Origin: Chrysomallon squamiferum
Lineage: Eukaryota > Animalia > Mollusca
Assembly (NCBI GenBank): GCA_012295275.1
Contig: CM022671.1
Span: 24,552,001-24,616,000, forward strand
Direction: 5' to 3'
Length of the DNA: 64,000 nucleotides
A program made the translations under genes and the position numbers. The notes under the pieces are model-generated. The model was given only the letters and a program-made list of their open reading frames with translations, was not told the DNA's origin and ran no database searches. This document shows positions 48,851 to 63,300 of the stretch, piece by piece. Position 1 is the first letter of the stretch. The number at the start of each line of letters is the position of its first letter.

Positions 48851-49832
48851 TAATAAGTTTATGACTATTAATTATTTAGTGTGAGTAATAAAGACTACAG
48901 ATTATAACAGATATTCTGTCAGTTAAAAATTATAAATATTGTCAATAATATTTATTTAAAAAAAGATAACTTGTGTTACATGAATTAATGTTGTTGAGTT
49001 ATAGTCTATATGAGTAACTTTAAATAAATTTTAATGTATATATATAATAATACATTATATCACTATAATTATAGCTACTATAAATTTAATAATCATTAAT
49101 TATTAGGTGGTTTTATAATTCTATTTGATTTCTATTAAAAAAAAAAAATAATAAGAATAAATAAATAAATAAAAAATTTATAAAAATAGAACAAAAACAA
49201 GAATAAGCCTTTAATCTTCTGTGAATGATATATTTATTTTTAATTAACTTATATTTATACTTAATCACCAACCTAATTTGTCAGTTCTTTCATTTCACAC
49301 AAATACAGATGCATAACTTCATAAATACATAAACTAATAGTAATATATACAGTTCACATTTATTTTATTTTATTTTATTTTATTTATTATTTTAATTAAT
49401 TAACGCGTCAATTTATCTGTCTGAGCACGAAGGACAAGACGGGAAAACAGTGATAAGTTAATCGAGTGTTAACAACCTGAACGTCTTTGCGGCCCTTTAG
49501 CGGTCAGTGTCTGTGATCAATGATGAACAAAGCAAAACGTCTAGCCGCGGTGACCGCTTACACACCAAAAACTGAGGCCTGCACCTGTCGCAGACACACA
49601 CCGTGTGCAATACCAGTTAATGAATATTTACATCACGGGTTTTAAACGATGTTAAGCGTAAAAAGCGGGCCACGTGATTTAAGCGAGCATTACGTAACAC
49701 CCTTCAATTTAATAATCTACGTTTATCGATGTTTTTTTTTTGATTGTTACGTTTGGGAGGCTGGCGTAACAGATTAAGGAAAATGTTTGCAGAATAGAAA
49801 CGGGTCAAAGAGGGGTGGTTAGAACGGGCCAC

Positions 49833-49865
<33 letters not shown>

Positions 49866-50175
49866 GTTTGGTATATTTATAGCTATATATTTCTCCTATC
49901 ACAACCTAACAAAGCTTTCCGATTTATTCACAATATATGGATTCTCCTCTGCAGAAGCAACTGATTATTCACGACAAATATCTGATAACCTTCACCTTTC
50001 ACCATAAGACATATTCCCCTTCTCGTTATCATGCCGTGTTAGATAATGAACTCATATTGCAATAAAGATACTAAAACGTGCATACACATATATATGCATG
50101 TTTAGATACAGTTATCGTAAGTCGTAACCGTTCTTCGTATGTCGATATGTATGTCTGACATTTATAGAAGCACTT

Positions 50176-50177
<2 letters not shown>

Positions 50178-50243
<66 letters not shown>
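50178..50243. repeat. (TC)n microsatellite
   Basis: Direct reading. Confidence 0.95.
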
Positions 50244-50246
<3 letters not shown>

Positions 50247-51970
50247 CACATACACCACATCTTAACGACTTTTGTGAACTGTCAGTTGTTTCCAGTGTGT
50301 CGCATGTTTTAACACCTTTCCATCTCTTTTTTTTTTTTATCACTGTCCCATTCGTAGAATAAAAACAACCTCCGAACACAGTAGATATTGTCTACATATT
50401 ATTAATCAAACAAACTTTCGATACATAAAATTTAATAAAGTGTGAAATTCAGCTTCAAAGTACCCGTGTTCTCTGGCGTCTTATTGATTTCATGCTCCGG
50501 AACACACTTGTCCCACAACACCTCTTTGTCTGCACCCGGTCCATTGTTGTTCTTTACGGGTGACGGTCTGCCGTTTGGCCACCATTCTTATGAGGCGTAT
50601 TTTAAGGAAGGGGTCAATTGTTTTCTTTATTGCATTCTTTGGAAGAACTTGGCAACAGCTTGGAAATTGATTTTTGATATTCGTATTTGTGTTCCTTTGT
50701 TAACGAAAGTTGTGTTATGTTTGTCTCCTTTGATTTGGTAGGCAGTGTTATGGCGTATTGTAATCCAATGTATTGTTAATGTATTGTCTGAGTTGAATTT
50801 CTGGATCCATTTCGTGTAACATATTTATAGTGTGATGATTTATAAAAAAAAAATATACACTTATGACATACAGTTATTTACACGTAATATGACTGCTACT
50901 CTTTTCTCTTTAATTTTGCATTCTCATACAACTTAAGTCAACACATGCATACGCCAAATGAAAGAAACTTCTGTTATTGTTTAAATAAGAAACTTAAATC
51001 AAATTCGTTCAAAAATTTGTTTGCGTTTTGATGACGTTTTGCGTTAATATCGAAACAGAAATAATTTTTATTTTACTAATTTCAAATTATTAATCAAATA
51101 ATAAGAGAGAAAAAAATAATAATTACTTTCTTGCGTTGTACACAGAATTATTCTGCCATTATGCGAAATTCTTAGCATGATCATTAAGAAAGACAGCAGG
51201 CAAACAAAGACACAAGCAAAAGATGAATTTTTATCCTCCGAGCCGAACAGAATTAATAAGGTTCTGCCGTTATTTTATAAATTACGTTCAATACATTATT
51301 TCAAACAATATGTTTCTTTCATCGCAGCATGCCACAAACAGAAACCATAATCCAGCATCATCAGCCCCATTTTGAAACCTGCATCGCATTGTTGTGTAAA
51401 TTATTCAGCTGAAAGCCATCGATACTAATTAATTTTCATCCTTCCACATTGCGAACAAAGATAAGGATTCTGATGAGTAACGATACATTGTATTTATGTT
51501 TTTATTATTTCCATTTCTGTAATGGAAATTGATAAAGACATGTGTTCACTGACATGGCTGAGTCATTCTTCAATAATGTTGTTTTCCAGTGTGACGTACG
51601 CATACAGCAGTGTGTGCCTGTATCTGTGTGTGTGTCTATCTGTGTGCGTGTGTGAAGTTAGTTCCAGGTATTTCAGAATGATTTCTGAACGTCAGAGAAA
51701 TAAATCTCTGTTGACAATATCGTCATTTAGGGACTGTAACAGCCATGTTAAATATAATTATTATTTAATGAAGGGAGAAAAACAAATATCAAGTAAATTG
51801 AATTACATTTTATTTTTAAAACGACAATAAGAACAAAAGTATTTATATTTTAAAAACTCATAAAAAAAAAGAAATATAAATAATAATAAAATAAAATAAA
51901 ATAAAATAAAAATAACAACAACAAAGGGAAAAAAATCCACATAATCCTTTACAAGAAAAACAAATGAAAT

Positions 51971-52016
<46 letters not shown>

Positions 52017-52510
52017 TAACAAAAACAACAATAATAATAACTATAACAATAATAATACAACATTATTATTATTATTATTATAAATACAATAAAAATACTA
52101 ATTATTAAAATTATTATCTGCTTAATGTTATCCTTATTGTTTGTTTTTGTTGTTTTTTGATCACTAAATATTTCGTTTTTCAATATTACGCAAACTATTT
52201 AGTATACAACCTAAAATGGATATAATTCGGATTATCCTGTTTTAAATGCACATACAAATTATTTGCAACACATAAACGTTTAAGTAAAACAGGGTATCGT
52301 GCATTCGATGTCTATTCATTAGTATCATAATCACAACAATCGTAACAAGACAGCTTGCACCTAATCAACCCAAACTTTTTAAATGGAGCTTAAAAACAAT
52401 GTATAATCTACATCAAAAGCATTTCCGAAAGGAAATCATCTCTGTCGCTTGCCACCAATTAGCAAACGTAAGCTGTAATATGTAACTGCTATGACGGGGT
52501 GTTATGTTTA

Positions 52511-52603
52511 GAGTATCGTCAGTGATAGTGTGACACAGGATGTGTGATAAGCCGCAGGATCAATCCTCGATGGTGTTTCCTTGAGGCTGTTTCCCAACCA
52601 GTG
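52511..52603 (+). mobile_element. Decayed tRNA-derived SINE head
   Basis: A-box-like CAGTGATAG, B-box-like GGATCAATCC (52557-52566), then GGCTGTTTCCCAACCAGTG; resembles a gastropod SINE head as recalled, not verified. Confidence 0.45.
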
Positions 52604-52609
52604 ATTATA

Positions 52610-52646
52610 ATTAATAATGATAACAATAATAATAATAATAAAATAA

Positions 52647-52693
<47 letters not shown>

Positions 52694-52790
52694 TAATAAT
52701 AATAACGATGATGACAATAATAATAATGATAATAATAATAACAATGATCATAATAATAATAATAATAATAATAATGAGGATGATGATGAT
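52610..52790. repeat. (AAT)n/(GAT)n compound microsatellite
   Basis: Direct reading. Confidence 0.9.
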
Positions 52791-53596
52791 GATATTAAAA
52801 GTAAAGGCCGATTATGATGGTGATAATATGGATTTTACTTCACATATGTTACAAACAATTTTAGCAATACAATATAAACACTATTTGACTTTAAAATTAA
52901 TAATAAAACGTCAAAAAAAAAAAAAAAAAAAAATGGAGATACAGTTAGTAAAAGAATCAAATTATAGTATTTCCAATTAAAGTTACTTTATGTATGTTCC
53001 ATGCCCATTTCAGAATCGTACATTTCAGAATGGAATATAGAATGAATGAACTTAAATATAAGCAGTAACAAATATTATTTGTTGTAATTACAAGTCAAAA
53101 GTTAAGAGGCAGTTATAACTTTGTTAATGTTATATTCTACTACGGCTATTAAAAACAACTGACTCTTCCATGTATATAACAATACTATATATTTATACTT
53201 AAATCCTTTTCTGATTTCAGTTATGAAATTCTCTTCAAAATATTAATGATCAAACTCTGGCATTTCCAGTTTTTGCCCTCACAATACACAGCACAGTATC
53301 AAACAATGTGTATGGGAAGTGTCATATTCAAAGTTATCGTCTGCTTTCGGAGGAGACACTTAATACTTGTAGTTAGTTAGCCTGTCATAGGACAAGGTTG
53401 GAGGTATCAAAAGTTGATTTTTGCTTGTAAAGTTTGACAGTCGAGCTGCAATGTGTTAATACACACTACACGAGTACACCTCGCGGTTGTAAACCTGTCC
53501 GTGTTTACACTGCGTTTCATCCAGACACGAGATAACCCAATACAATTACGGGTGGGAGAAGCGCTCGAGGACGTGCGAGGGGTGGAGGAAAGAGCT

Positions 53597-53604
53597 TATA
53601 AATA
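53597..53604 (+). promoter_or_regulatory. TATA box of SBSPON-like gene
   Basis: TATAAATA within a CpG-rich island (about 53440-53870), GCACT initiator-like sequence about 30 nt downstream, about 450 nt before the ATG. Confidence 0.6.
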
Positions 53605-54046
53605 TTCATGAAACTTTCGCACAAAGGCACTGAAGCCGCGCGCACAGCACAGCCAAAGCTAACTTTGAACTGCCGTTCGTTTTTATCTGTCTTTCACTGG
53701 CAGAAGCACACATCGACGGCGTGAGTCACAGATACTCTCTAACTAGCGTGTGTTCTCGCGTGTAATTGTCTTCAGCTGTGAGAAGCAAACTCCGAATAGT
53801 TGCTTGCTGCCAGTGCGCACAACCTCTGAGTTGAGTGTACGCAAAGAAGCTCGAGCAGCGCTCGTGCAAGTAAAAAAAAAAAAAAAATTAAAATAGAAAC
53901 TAATTCAAGTGGAATATAGCTGGGAATAAACGACAGACAATTTTTCTTGGAAAAAGTGGAAAGATACCCGACATTTCTCAAACGAACGAAAGTTATTTTT
54001 TTGTTCGGTGTAATACTACTTTAATTTAAAGAAACTGTTTTTAAAA

Positions 54047-54293
54047 ATGGAAAACAGATTTCTTCTATGTTCGCTGGTGGTGCTTGTTCTTTGTGTTTTC
54101 ATCAGCATTGGACGTGAAATACACAAACCTCGAAACTGCAAGGAGAGGGGGCAATGCTGCACTGGACAGAATAACACATGTTTTGCCCAAGGGCCGCGTT
54201 TAGATAGGAACCCTAACGAAACGCACTGTTACTGTGATGCAAACTGTATAATAATGGGCGATTGTTGTATAGACTTTCACCAGACATGCAAAG
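54047..54293 (+). CDS. SBSPON: First coding exon of a somatomedin-B and thrombospondin type-1 domain-containing protein (partial gene)
   Basis: Signal peptide MENRFLLCSLVVLVLCVFISIG then C-x5-CC-x6-CFAQGPRLDR...CYCDANC-x3-GDCC-x-DF-x3-C, matching the SBSPON/RPE-spondin SMB domain; phase-1 donor AAAG|GTATTG. The TSP1 exon was not found in the remaining 9.7 kb, so orthology rests on this exon only. Confidence 0.82.
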
Positions 54294-55082
54294 GTATTGT
54301 TTTCTTTTCTTCTTACTTTATTCATTCATTCATTCATTCATTCATTCATTCATTCATTTTGTTTTACATAAATACCTTTCTTTGTTACTAATTAATAAGT
54401 AATAATAATAATAATAATAATAAATTAATCATAGTCATAAACTGTATAATTAATTATAATTAGTTAAACCAAACCATTGATTTATTCTTTAATTATTATT
54501 ATTAATATTATTAATATTATTGGTAGTACTAATAGTATAATAGTAAAGTAGTAGTAGTAGTAGTAGTAGTTTAAAACATTTCAGATGACATATCAGATTT
54601 GACATTTTCTTTATTTTCTTGTGAACAGCTAACTATTATTAACAACCTTCTGATCTTTCTAATACTAATAGCAATAATGTAACTGCTTATTCATTTTGAC
54701 CAATCACAAAACACAATCTTCCTTACGTTATGTGTTACGAATATATTTTATTCGTTCGTTCAGTTTAGTACCAAGTGAGTGCACAATGTTTTTTTTATGC
54801 ATGATGTAAGATATAATATTCGTTTGTTTCTAAATGTATTTCTGTCTATCGCTACTGTTTATCAACAAACTGAGCTCTTTGCTTCGTGATATTTACAACC
54901 GTGATTACATCATGCATTATCAGCAGCGTGTACGCTAAAATATTCGTCGACAAAGTTTTGTAGAAGGGTATGATTATACAGTGTTTTATTTACGATTAGG
55001 CCTAAAGCTAGAGTCATTAAAACTCATAACGATCTGAAGTTCAGTTTGATGAGTTTAAAGTCAGTGTATAGTTTTTATATAT

Positions 55083-55084
<2 letters not shown>

Positions 55085-55138
<54 letters not shown>
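55085..55138. repeat. (TC)n microsatellite
   Basis: Direct reading. Confidence 0.95.
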
Positions 55139-55140
<2 letters not shown>

Positions 55141-58100
55141 AAAACTGCTGTTTATTTATTCATTTATTTATTATGATTGGTTTTATAATCATTATTTTAT
55201 GCAAGCTAATAAAGTTTGTGTCTTCATATCAGCTATATTACCAATAGCTTTCACAAACAATAAAAAATAATTTAAAAGCTCATTTGTGGAGTTCATTAAA
55301 AATATTATAAGCAATAAAAGATCAAAATAACCTCGTCATAATGAAAAGCCTTTAGTAACTTAAATTAACGTAATCGTGTTTCTTTCGGTTTTATAAACGA
55401 ACGAAAATGTCATGGACACAACAATAAGAAAATGGCTGTAAATCTTAATATAATTGCAGCAGGACGTATTAAATGTACATCACCTTTTATTTACTGGAAC
55501 CAACAACGAACTTATCTGAACGCCGTCGTTAAACTGATAGCGAAAAGAGGACGTTGAACCTGCTTCTAAGGTAATCCTACGTTTAAACAAAAGCAATCAA
55601 GAACGTTGGCACATCATAAAGTAAAAAAAAAATTTGGTTTTGTTTGTCGTGGAAGATTTCCCCATCGCCGTATAACAACAAGTCCTTTGGACGGTTAAAG
55701 ACAGCGCGTACGTCATTAAGAAATGATGATGACATCAGTTTTGCTGATTACATCGTGTCTAAACTCCAGATACGTTTCCAAGATGATTGTAACAGTATCC
55801 CCTTCTTTGTCACACATCGCATTTGTTATGTATAATTTTATGCACAGCTAATGCTGACTCTTTAACCTACATACAATTTATATTTATTTAATATAGCATA
55901 TAAAACTGAATACACACATGTAACATTAAACTACAGTATGTTAGATAGAAGGTCGACTGTCAAGGTCTGTATTGTAAAATTATAAGACTGCGATTTTAAT
56001 ATCATCATTGCTGCTGCTATCTCACTTGACTGAAAGTTTCTTTCAGAATACTGGGACGGGGGTGGGGGTAGGCGCAGAACTGTTTAATAAACGGGAGACA
56101 ACCGTAGTGAACGTTACGAACTGCAAGAGCAGAGAGAACTGGCGAATGTGTACAGACCGGTGATTCTCATCCTCAGTGTCAACTCCTTTGATATTCAGAT
56201 ACCATAACGTACATATCGTTTAGAAAATAAATAAAACGATTCCCATTGTTAACTATTCAAAGCTAATGTGAAATGTCAAAAAGTGTTCACGCTTTGTTGT
56301 GTAGGAAACTACAGTTGTGTCCTCTGTTGCTGTTGATGCTATCGTTGCTGCTGCTGCCACTAACGGTAATAATAATAATAATCATAATGATGATGATAAT
56401 GCATAGAAAATATGTGAAATAAAATTATACTGAATTACAAAGTTTTCTGATAACTTATATAAATAAATAATACTTTAATGTGTCTGTTACAGATCTTGCA
56501 ATTTCTCTTGATCTTTTAAAGTTTATAGAAAATTTAACTAATTGACGTTTACTGCCAAAACACCACTTCACGTTAATAAAGACTTCAAAAGACTTTAATT
56601 GTGGACAGCAAGCATACGAAATAGCTTTCACAGGTAACCGTAGAAGACGGCATTTTTAAATTTTCGTTCGCCAATTGCAGTGGATAGAATAACGTGTAAT
56701 ATTTGCTGGCAAAGCATGCGCGGCGACGTTAGATCTCGTTTCCGAGGTCTTCTAATCTTTTGCATTGGGTCCGTCTGTATGTGTTTTCGTTTCATCGTTG
56801 TTGTTTTTCTGTCTCATTTTAATCACCTCATACGAACAAAAAGAAAAAAGTTAATAATAATAGTAAAAAGTAAACTTTTAAGAAAAATAAATAAATAAAA
56901 CATAAAAAAACAACAACAACAAAACAATGAAAAAAGAAAGCCAAGAAAGAAAGAAAAAAGATATAAAACGTAGATTATACAGTATTGGTTGTTAACATTC
57001 TTAGTAAAAACTAAATTCTGTATTTACCCGCCCTTCTCACTTTTTAACGCCTGAGATAGTATTTGAGAAATTCCGGTTTGCTATCGCCATGGTAACTACC
57101 ACTGTGCTCGACTGACCTATAGTAGGTTCACTATACTAGAAGATGAATCGGTATAAATGCTGTAGATCACATGCAATATTTTACTTTGATTTCCTTCGAT
57201 TTAAATTTATCAGTGGTACGAATAGGCACACTCTCTTACAAGTGTGTGTGATGTACAAGAGAAAAAGGAACCCGCCCAAAAAACCAGAGCTACCACCAAA
57301 GTCGCTAAAATGAAAACGATAATTGCATTTAGGCAGTGATAATCGCGATATTTGTAACATTGTAACTCAGATTGCGCGCGTACCTGTTAGAAGACAAGGG
57401 CGTTATTGAAATGTACAGTTCATCGCGTTAAATCGCGACAGTTTTTCTTTTTAAGTCCATGTCTACACCATCTATCCATATCTGTTAGCGCTCGACTAGT
57501 AATTTGTAATACGTACGAAACGGAGTTTTTTTTTTGGCTTTTTTTTTTGTTGGCATTTAATAAATTCGCAATAAAAGGTATTAGTGATAAGGAGTGTAAT
57601 GCTGACGACAGTTCTTTTTGTTGTTGCTGCTGTTTGTTTTGCGTTATTGTTGAGCAATACCACTAACAAAAAATAGCAACACCACCCCATTTAAACACCG
57701 TATCTGTAATTATAGTTTACATTAAATATCCATAATTATATGATACTTAAAACTTTTAACTTTAGGGTTTATCGAATCACATGTGCGATTTGTTGATAGG
57801 GCGGCAGTGTTGGTGATAAAACGTTTTTATAGTCTGCTTATCTGTTTATACTTGACCTCTTTAATTCTTTGCTGACTGGAGCTCGTTTTTTTTCTGGGAT
57901 TACGAAAACTGTTTTTGTGGTCCAAGAAATGTGTAGTCCGCGGAACTTGCCGATTCTCGACCAGCAAATTTTTCGGTTTTTACCTTATATATATATACAC
58001 ATATATATGCATTGTGATGTATAGTTTCCAAGACAAATGTGATATTCCCATCTCTAATCTGTTTTATCATTGATAAAAAAATAATAATAATAATACTCTT

Positions 58101-60191
58101 TATAAATGTTGAATTTTTGGTTATATAAAATATATTGTTATTATTATTATTTTTATTCAGTTCTTGTTTACCCTGCTAACGTAGAGGGATGTTTATCCCA
58201 CGGGCTAATTTTTATCTAGAAAAGCAATTTTATGTCAGAGGGCTTTGGTCTGGTTATTTAAATTTGAAATAAGTCGTATAGCTGTTTGTGAAAAGTGTTG
58301 CATTTTAAAGATTTTGTTAAAGTTATCAGCACCAAGCTGGAAATATAACAGCTGCCATTTGGTGCAGATTAATTTAAAATTCCTGTCTGCTTCTGAAAGT
58401 AACGCACGTGCATCATCACCACAATAGTTCTTGAACATGTAACATTGTTAGTCTGGCAGCTGGTGCACGTCGTGATATAATGTATACTCCGTGAAAATGT
58501 TTTATTCCTCAAGCTGCTGCTAAAGTACATCGAACCTTTACAAAAGAAATGTTTAACAGTTTTGTCGTTTAAAATATTGATCAGAAAATATTTTGTATGG
58601 TAATAAATTTTCCTCTAAAAATAAAATAAGTCAAATAAATAACATAATATATTCAAGAATAAAGGTCAAATGAAATTCACAAGATGCTCGTGCATACATA
58701 TCTACATATATACACATACATAAAAACTGTAATGAGAATCGTTTAATGCAGTTCACTTCAGTTAATAACATTGATAATGTTTAACCCATACACGTTGTTA
58801 AGATGGTTTTAAATGTAAAAGTAAGTATTTAACGTGGCTTAATTTTATTTGAAAAGATTTTAAATAGGTGGGAATAAATTTCTTCCAGTGTGAAGTAACC
58901 TTGGTAAATGTTGTTGTCTTATATTAAATTATGTGATCCGTCTCATTTTTATCAGTAATAAAAGTTCTTACATAGATGAATAATTTTATCAGTTATACAG
59001 TTATCTACATTGAAAAATATTTTATATTAAAATTTTAATTTGTTTATCTCTTGACATCATCCTTTATGTTAAAAAAGAACAACACCCCCCCAAAACCAAT
59101 AAACAACAAACAAATGATGATGCTCTTGAATAATTCTAACCATCTGATTTCTAAAAATTATTACAATATAAACTTTTATAGTCAGTATAATAGCCTTATC
59201 TGCAGCCGCTATACTGCACTGTTTATCCAGATATATATCGAATTTCATCTTTAATCTCAATCATTTCTTCGTTACATATGACTTTGTGAAGAGGTGATAA
59301 AGAATGCTAGCTGGGAGCAGCCTGCACTCATTAACTGAAAAACGTAGAAAGGCAATTTCTGGAAATGAACTTAAATTCCGCTCCCGGTTTAGTTTTAAAC
59401 AAAGAGAGAGAAACTGAGTGGGAGTGGAGGGGGAAGGGGGGCAGATGCACAGTTTTAATAGTTACCAGAACTATAACACTTTTCGAATTTAGGATTACTG
59501 AATTAGCATCACTGCGTTTTAAATGATATTCCTGATGCATCATTATTTATGCTGTTTTCTGTTTGTTGCCCATGTAATTAACTGGTTAGAATGGATTAAT
59601 ATGCATTAATATTAAACTGATAGCTAAACAGAACTGTACTGAAACTGTATCATGTATTGTCCTGAATGAACCAGTCAATGCAGTTATATATGGTCTAAAA
59701 CTCTGAGAAATACTTTGGTTTACATTTAGTAATTTACGTTTGTAAACTACATTCCATTTATTGTGTGTGTGTTAAAATGTACTTCTAGTTAACTTGATAA
59801 TGTTTGTTATAAAGTACTTGTTATTTATAATGTAGCTCTGATTCCAGTCTTCAGAGTTGGTATCGTTTTACAAATGCAAGAAACACATAATTACTTTGTT
59901 AAATTAAATAAATGTAAAACTTTACTAAACACTGTTGTTATAATTATTGCTACTGTATTTATCGACTTTTTATTATTATTATTATTATTATTATTTTTAC
60001 TTAAATATTAATTTTACAAAGTATTTCAACTAAAAATGAAACATTAACGTACATTTATGTTATATATATAGTTTAATTTTTTTGTTCTTACACACACATA
60101 CAAATATACACCCACATATTTATTATATTTTTACACATATAAGTCCTTAATAAATGTAAGTGTAAATTATAAATAATGTCTGTAATTTTTG

Positions 60192-60347
60192 TACTGATTC
60201 AGAGTAAAACTATATTATACACAGTAGTTGTTACTCTAATAAATACTTATTCAGAGTAAAACTGTAATATACACAGTAGTTGTTACTCAAATAAATACTG
60301 ATTCAGAGTAAAACTTTAATATACACAGTAGTTGTTACTCTAATAAA
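60192..60347. repeat. 52-bp tandem repeat, 3 copies
   Basis: Unit TACTGATTCAGAGTAAAACTATATTATACACAGTAGTTGTTACTCTAATAAA at 60192, 60244 and 60296. Confidence 0.92.
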
Positions 60348-63300
60348 TGTAGAATAATGAACGACAGCAATTTGAACACACTGAAACGTGTGAAAGTTAA
60401 AAGACAGACATTTAATCTCATCCCACATAATTATTTCAGTTAATTTACTTTTCAGCTTCCTCCAACAGGAAACGGATCATCTCACTCTTGTTTGTATTTG
60501 ACAATTAGTTTGTTTGCTGGGGATATAAATTTCACGATGGCGGGATTTTCTGAAATGTTTTACGATCTTTTTTGTCTTTCAAGGTTAATAGGGGATACCA
60601 GAAAGAAGAATTTAAATCTTATTTGGGAACAAAAAAAAAAAAAAAAACCAGAAAAGAAAAGAAAAAGAAGAAGATCGTTATTGATGTTGCAGGTGCTTTT
60701 TTCTATTGCTGTTACAGGGTTGGGATTGAATTAATGAAACTTTAATTGTTGTTTTGTTAGAAATGTAAAGTTTCTCTCCCAAGAGTCAGTAAACACTGAG
60801 CTGATGGGTTATTCGGGGTCACCATTTGAGATTAGTATTTTTTTTTTCCTGAGTGTGGTTTTCAGTAATAAAATAGTAAAACTAAGCTGATGTTTGGAGA
60901 ATAAAAACAAAATGTCTGACTGTGTTCAGCTATTTATTTCAGTGTGTGTTTCTTTTTTATTTCTTGATAACCAAATGTCAAGAATGAAATAATTTATTTT
61001 TTAAATCCTTATTTTCTTGTGGAAATACTTTTATGTGCATTGCAAATGTCATCCTAACTTTTCTTATCTTTTCCATGCTCCATCCTTATCCTACCATTTC
61101 ATGTAATTTAGATAACTTCTTTTCATCAGGTTTTAAAAACTTATATTTCTGTTAATGTTTTATGTGGTTCATATTCTTATATATACATGTGTGTGTGTGT
61201 GTGTGTGTGTGTAAAATGGAAACATACTCTGTAAATATGCATCTGATTTGAAATTGTTATTTGCACAGATAATTAGTAGTTTATTTCCTGACAGTGTTGT
61301 TTGTTGAAGTACCAGCAGGTAGATGAAATAAACAGAACTATCGTCTTACTCAGTGGTTCACTGTGATCAAAACCTTGCAGATCTGAGACGTTTGGTTATT
61401 ATAAAGTAGTTTGTTTATGTCCACACAAAAAACAATAACCAAATAATGGCCAGTACAGTTGTACAAACATGGAATGGAAACAGTAAAGATTTAAACAGTC
61501 TGTAGCTTATTATTTGTGTTGTTGTGTTTCTGGCCTTTTTTCTCTTGATACTTTCCACATTTTTTTTTTTTTTTTTTTTTTTTTTTTGTCACAGTTTTGC
61601 TTTTCTGTAGTTCCAGAGTTGTTCAGACATCTGTATTTTATAAATGGTGGACTCCCATATGTAAAGACCTAAATATTAATAAATTAACAGACTTACACAT
61701 ACACAAATGCTCACTCGTATATTCACACACACACACACGTACAACAGTAAAAACAATGGACGATGAATCACAAGTTTGTTTTTTAAATTAAAAAAATATT
61801 AATTTAAACTATTAGAATTTATATAGACTTTGAAACAGGCATATCTGTGTATATAAAAGTATCTGTGGCTACATTGGTTTATATATTGATTATATACATT
61901 ATGTTGGGTATGTGCATGCATATAATGTATTTGTATGCACTATGTATACGTGTGTGTATGCATATGTAAGTGTTGGGTGTGTGCATGCAAATTTCCATAA
62001 AAATATTTTGTGTTGGTGATTCTGCATTTATTTTCAACCAAAATATCCAGAGCACACATCCATTTTTTCTATGAAAGTATTTACTGTCAGCATTTATCAG
62101 TGTTAGAAAGATATTACGGTAGGTTTTGTTCAAACACTGTTGCAAAGCAAAACTTGCCGTCACAGTTCTGTAATGACACACACACACACATTTCAACATG
62201 TCAACACCTGAGCAGGTTCATGATGGTCATCACTGTAGAGTTGCCATACTCAGCACCTAATCTTTTAAATAACAATGAAACATCAGTGCTCGGGTAGGTA
62301 ACCTGTGATTTAACAGAAAGACCACCCAGTCAATGAGAAAAAGATCTGAACAAAGATGTGGATGTAAAACTTGGCTGAAAAGAAACAAAATACACAGAAC
62401 TGTTCGTCTGGTATCTAGTTTGAAGAGGGAACATTTTGTTGTATTTATAACAAATTCTTCAATATCTTTTTGTACATCCACTGATCATCCATTCATTTGT
62501 TCATACATACATCCATCCATTTATTCATCTGTTCATTCATCTATTCTTCCATCCTTCTGGTGTCTCCCTCTCTAATCATTCCTTTTTTTTTTCTTTTTTT
62601 TTAATCACATGTCAATCATTCAGGTTTTCATCCATCCTTTCAAAAGTAATGTCATTTCATTTCTTCATGAACGTTCATCTGTCCATCCACAGACAATTCT
62701 ATCTGTCCATCCATTCACCCATCCTAATTCTTTCTTCATCTGTATGTTTGACAATTTATGAATATAACAGTACACTGATAGAAAAAGAAAAAAAAGAAAA
62801 AGAAAAAATCCTCTTTTAGCACAGCTATTTAACTAAAATAAATAAAAATGTTGATGGTATATTTTTCAAAGGATTAACTTCCATCAGCATGTGATCTCTC
62901 GACCAACAAAGCCACTGGACATTGCAAACAATAAACTTTACCTAAAATGTTGACCTTCGCTATGACTGACCAGCTCATGTCCAGCTGTCATGTCTGACTT
63001 CTGTGACAGATGACCACTGATGTGACAGGTACAGACATATGACAGTTAACCTGGAGGCAAGTTTTACCTTTAAAATCATCCAGTCTCTCTAATCTTGATT
63101 CAGATGGGAGTTAAAAGCTTTCAGTCTGCCTCATTAAAATTAATTCACATTTATTTCGTTTTTTTCCTATACCATATTTACCACCATTTGTACTAATGGT
63201 GCATGGTATGTGTTTTCATGTGTGTGTGTTAAATAAAATAAAAAAGATAGTGTATTAGATGAAAGAAGGTTATTTCTGTTTCTGGAAAGGGTGCAAATCA

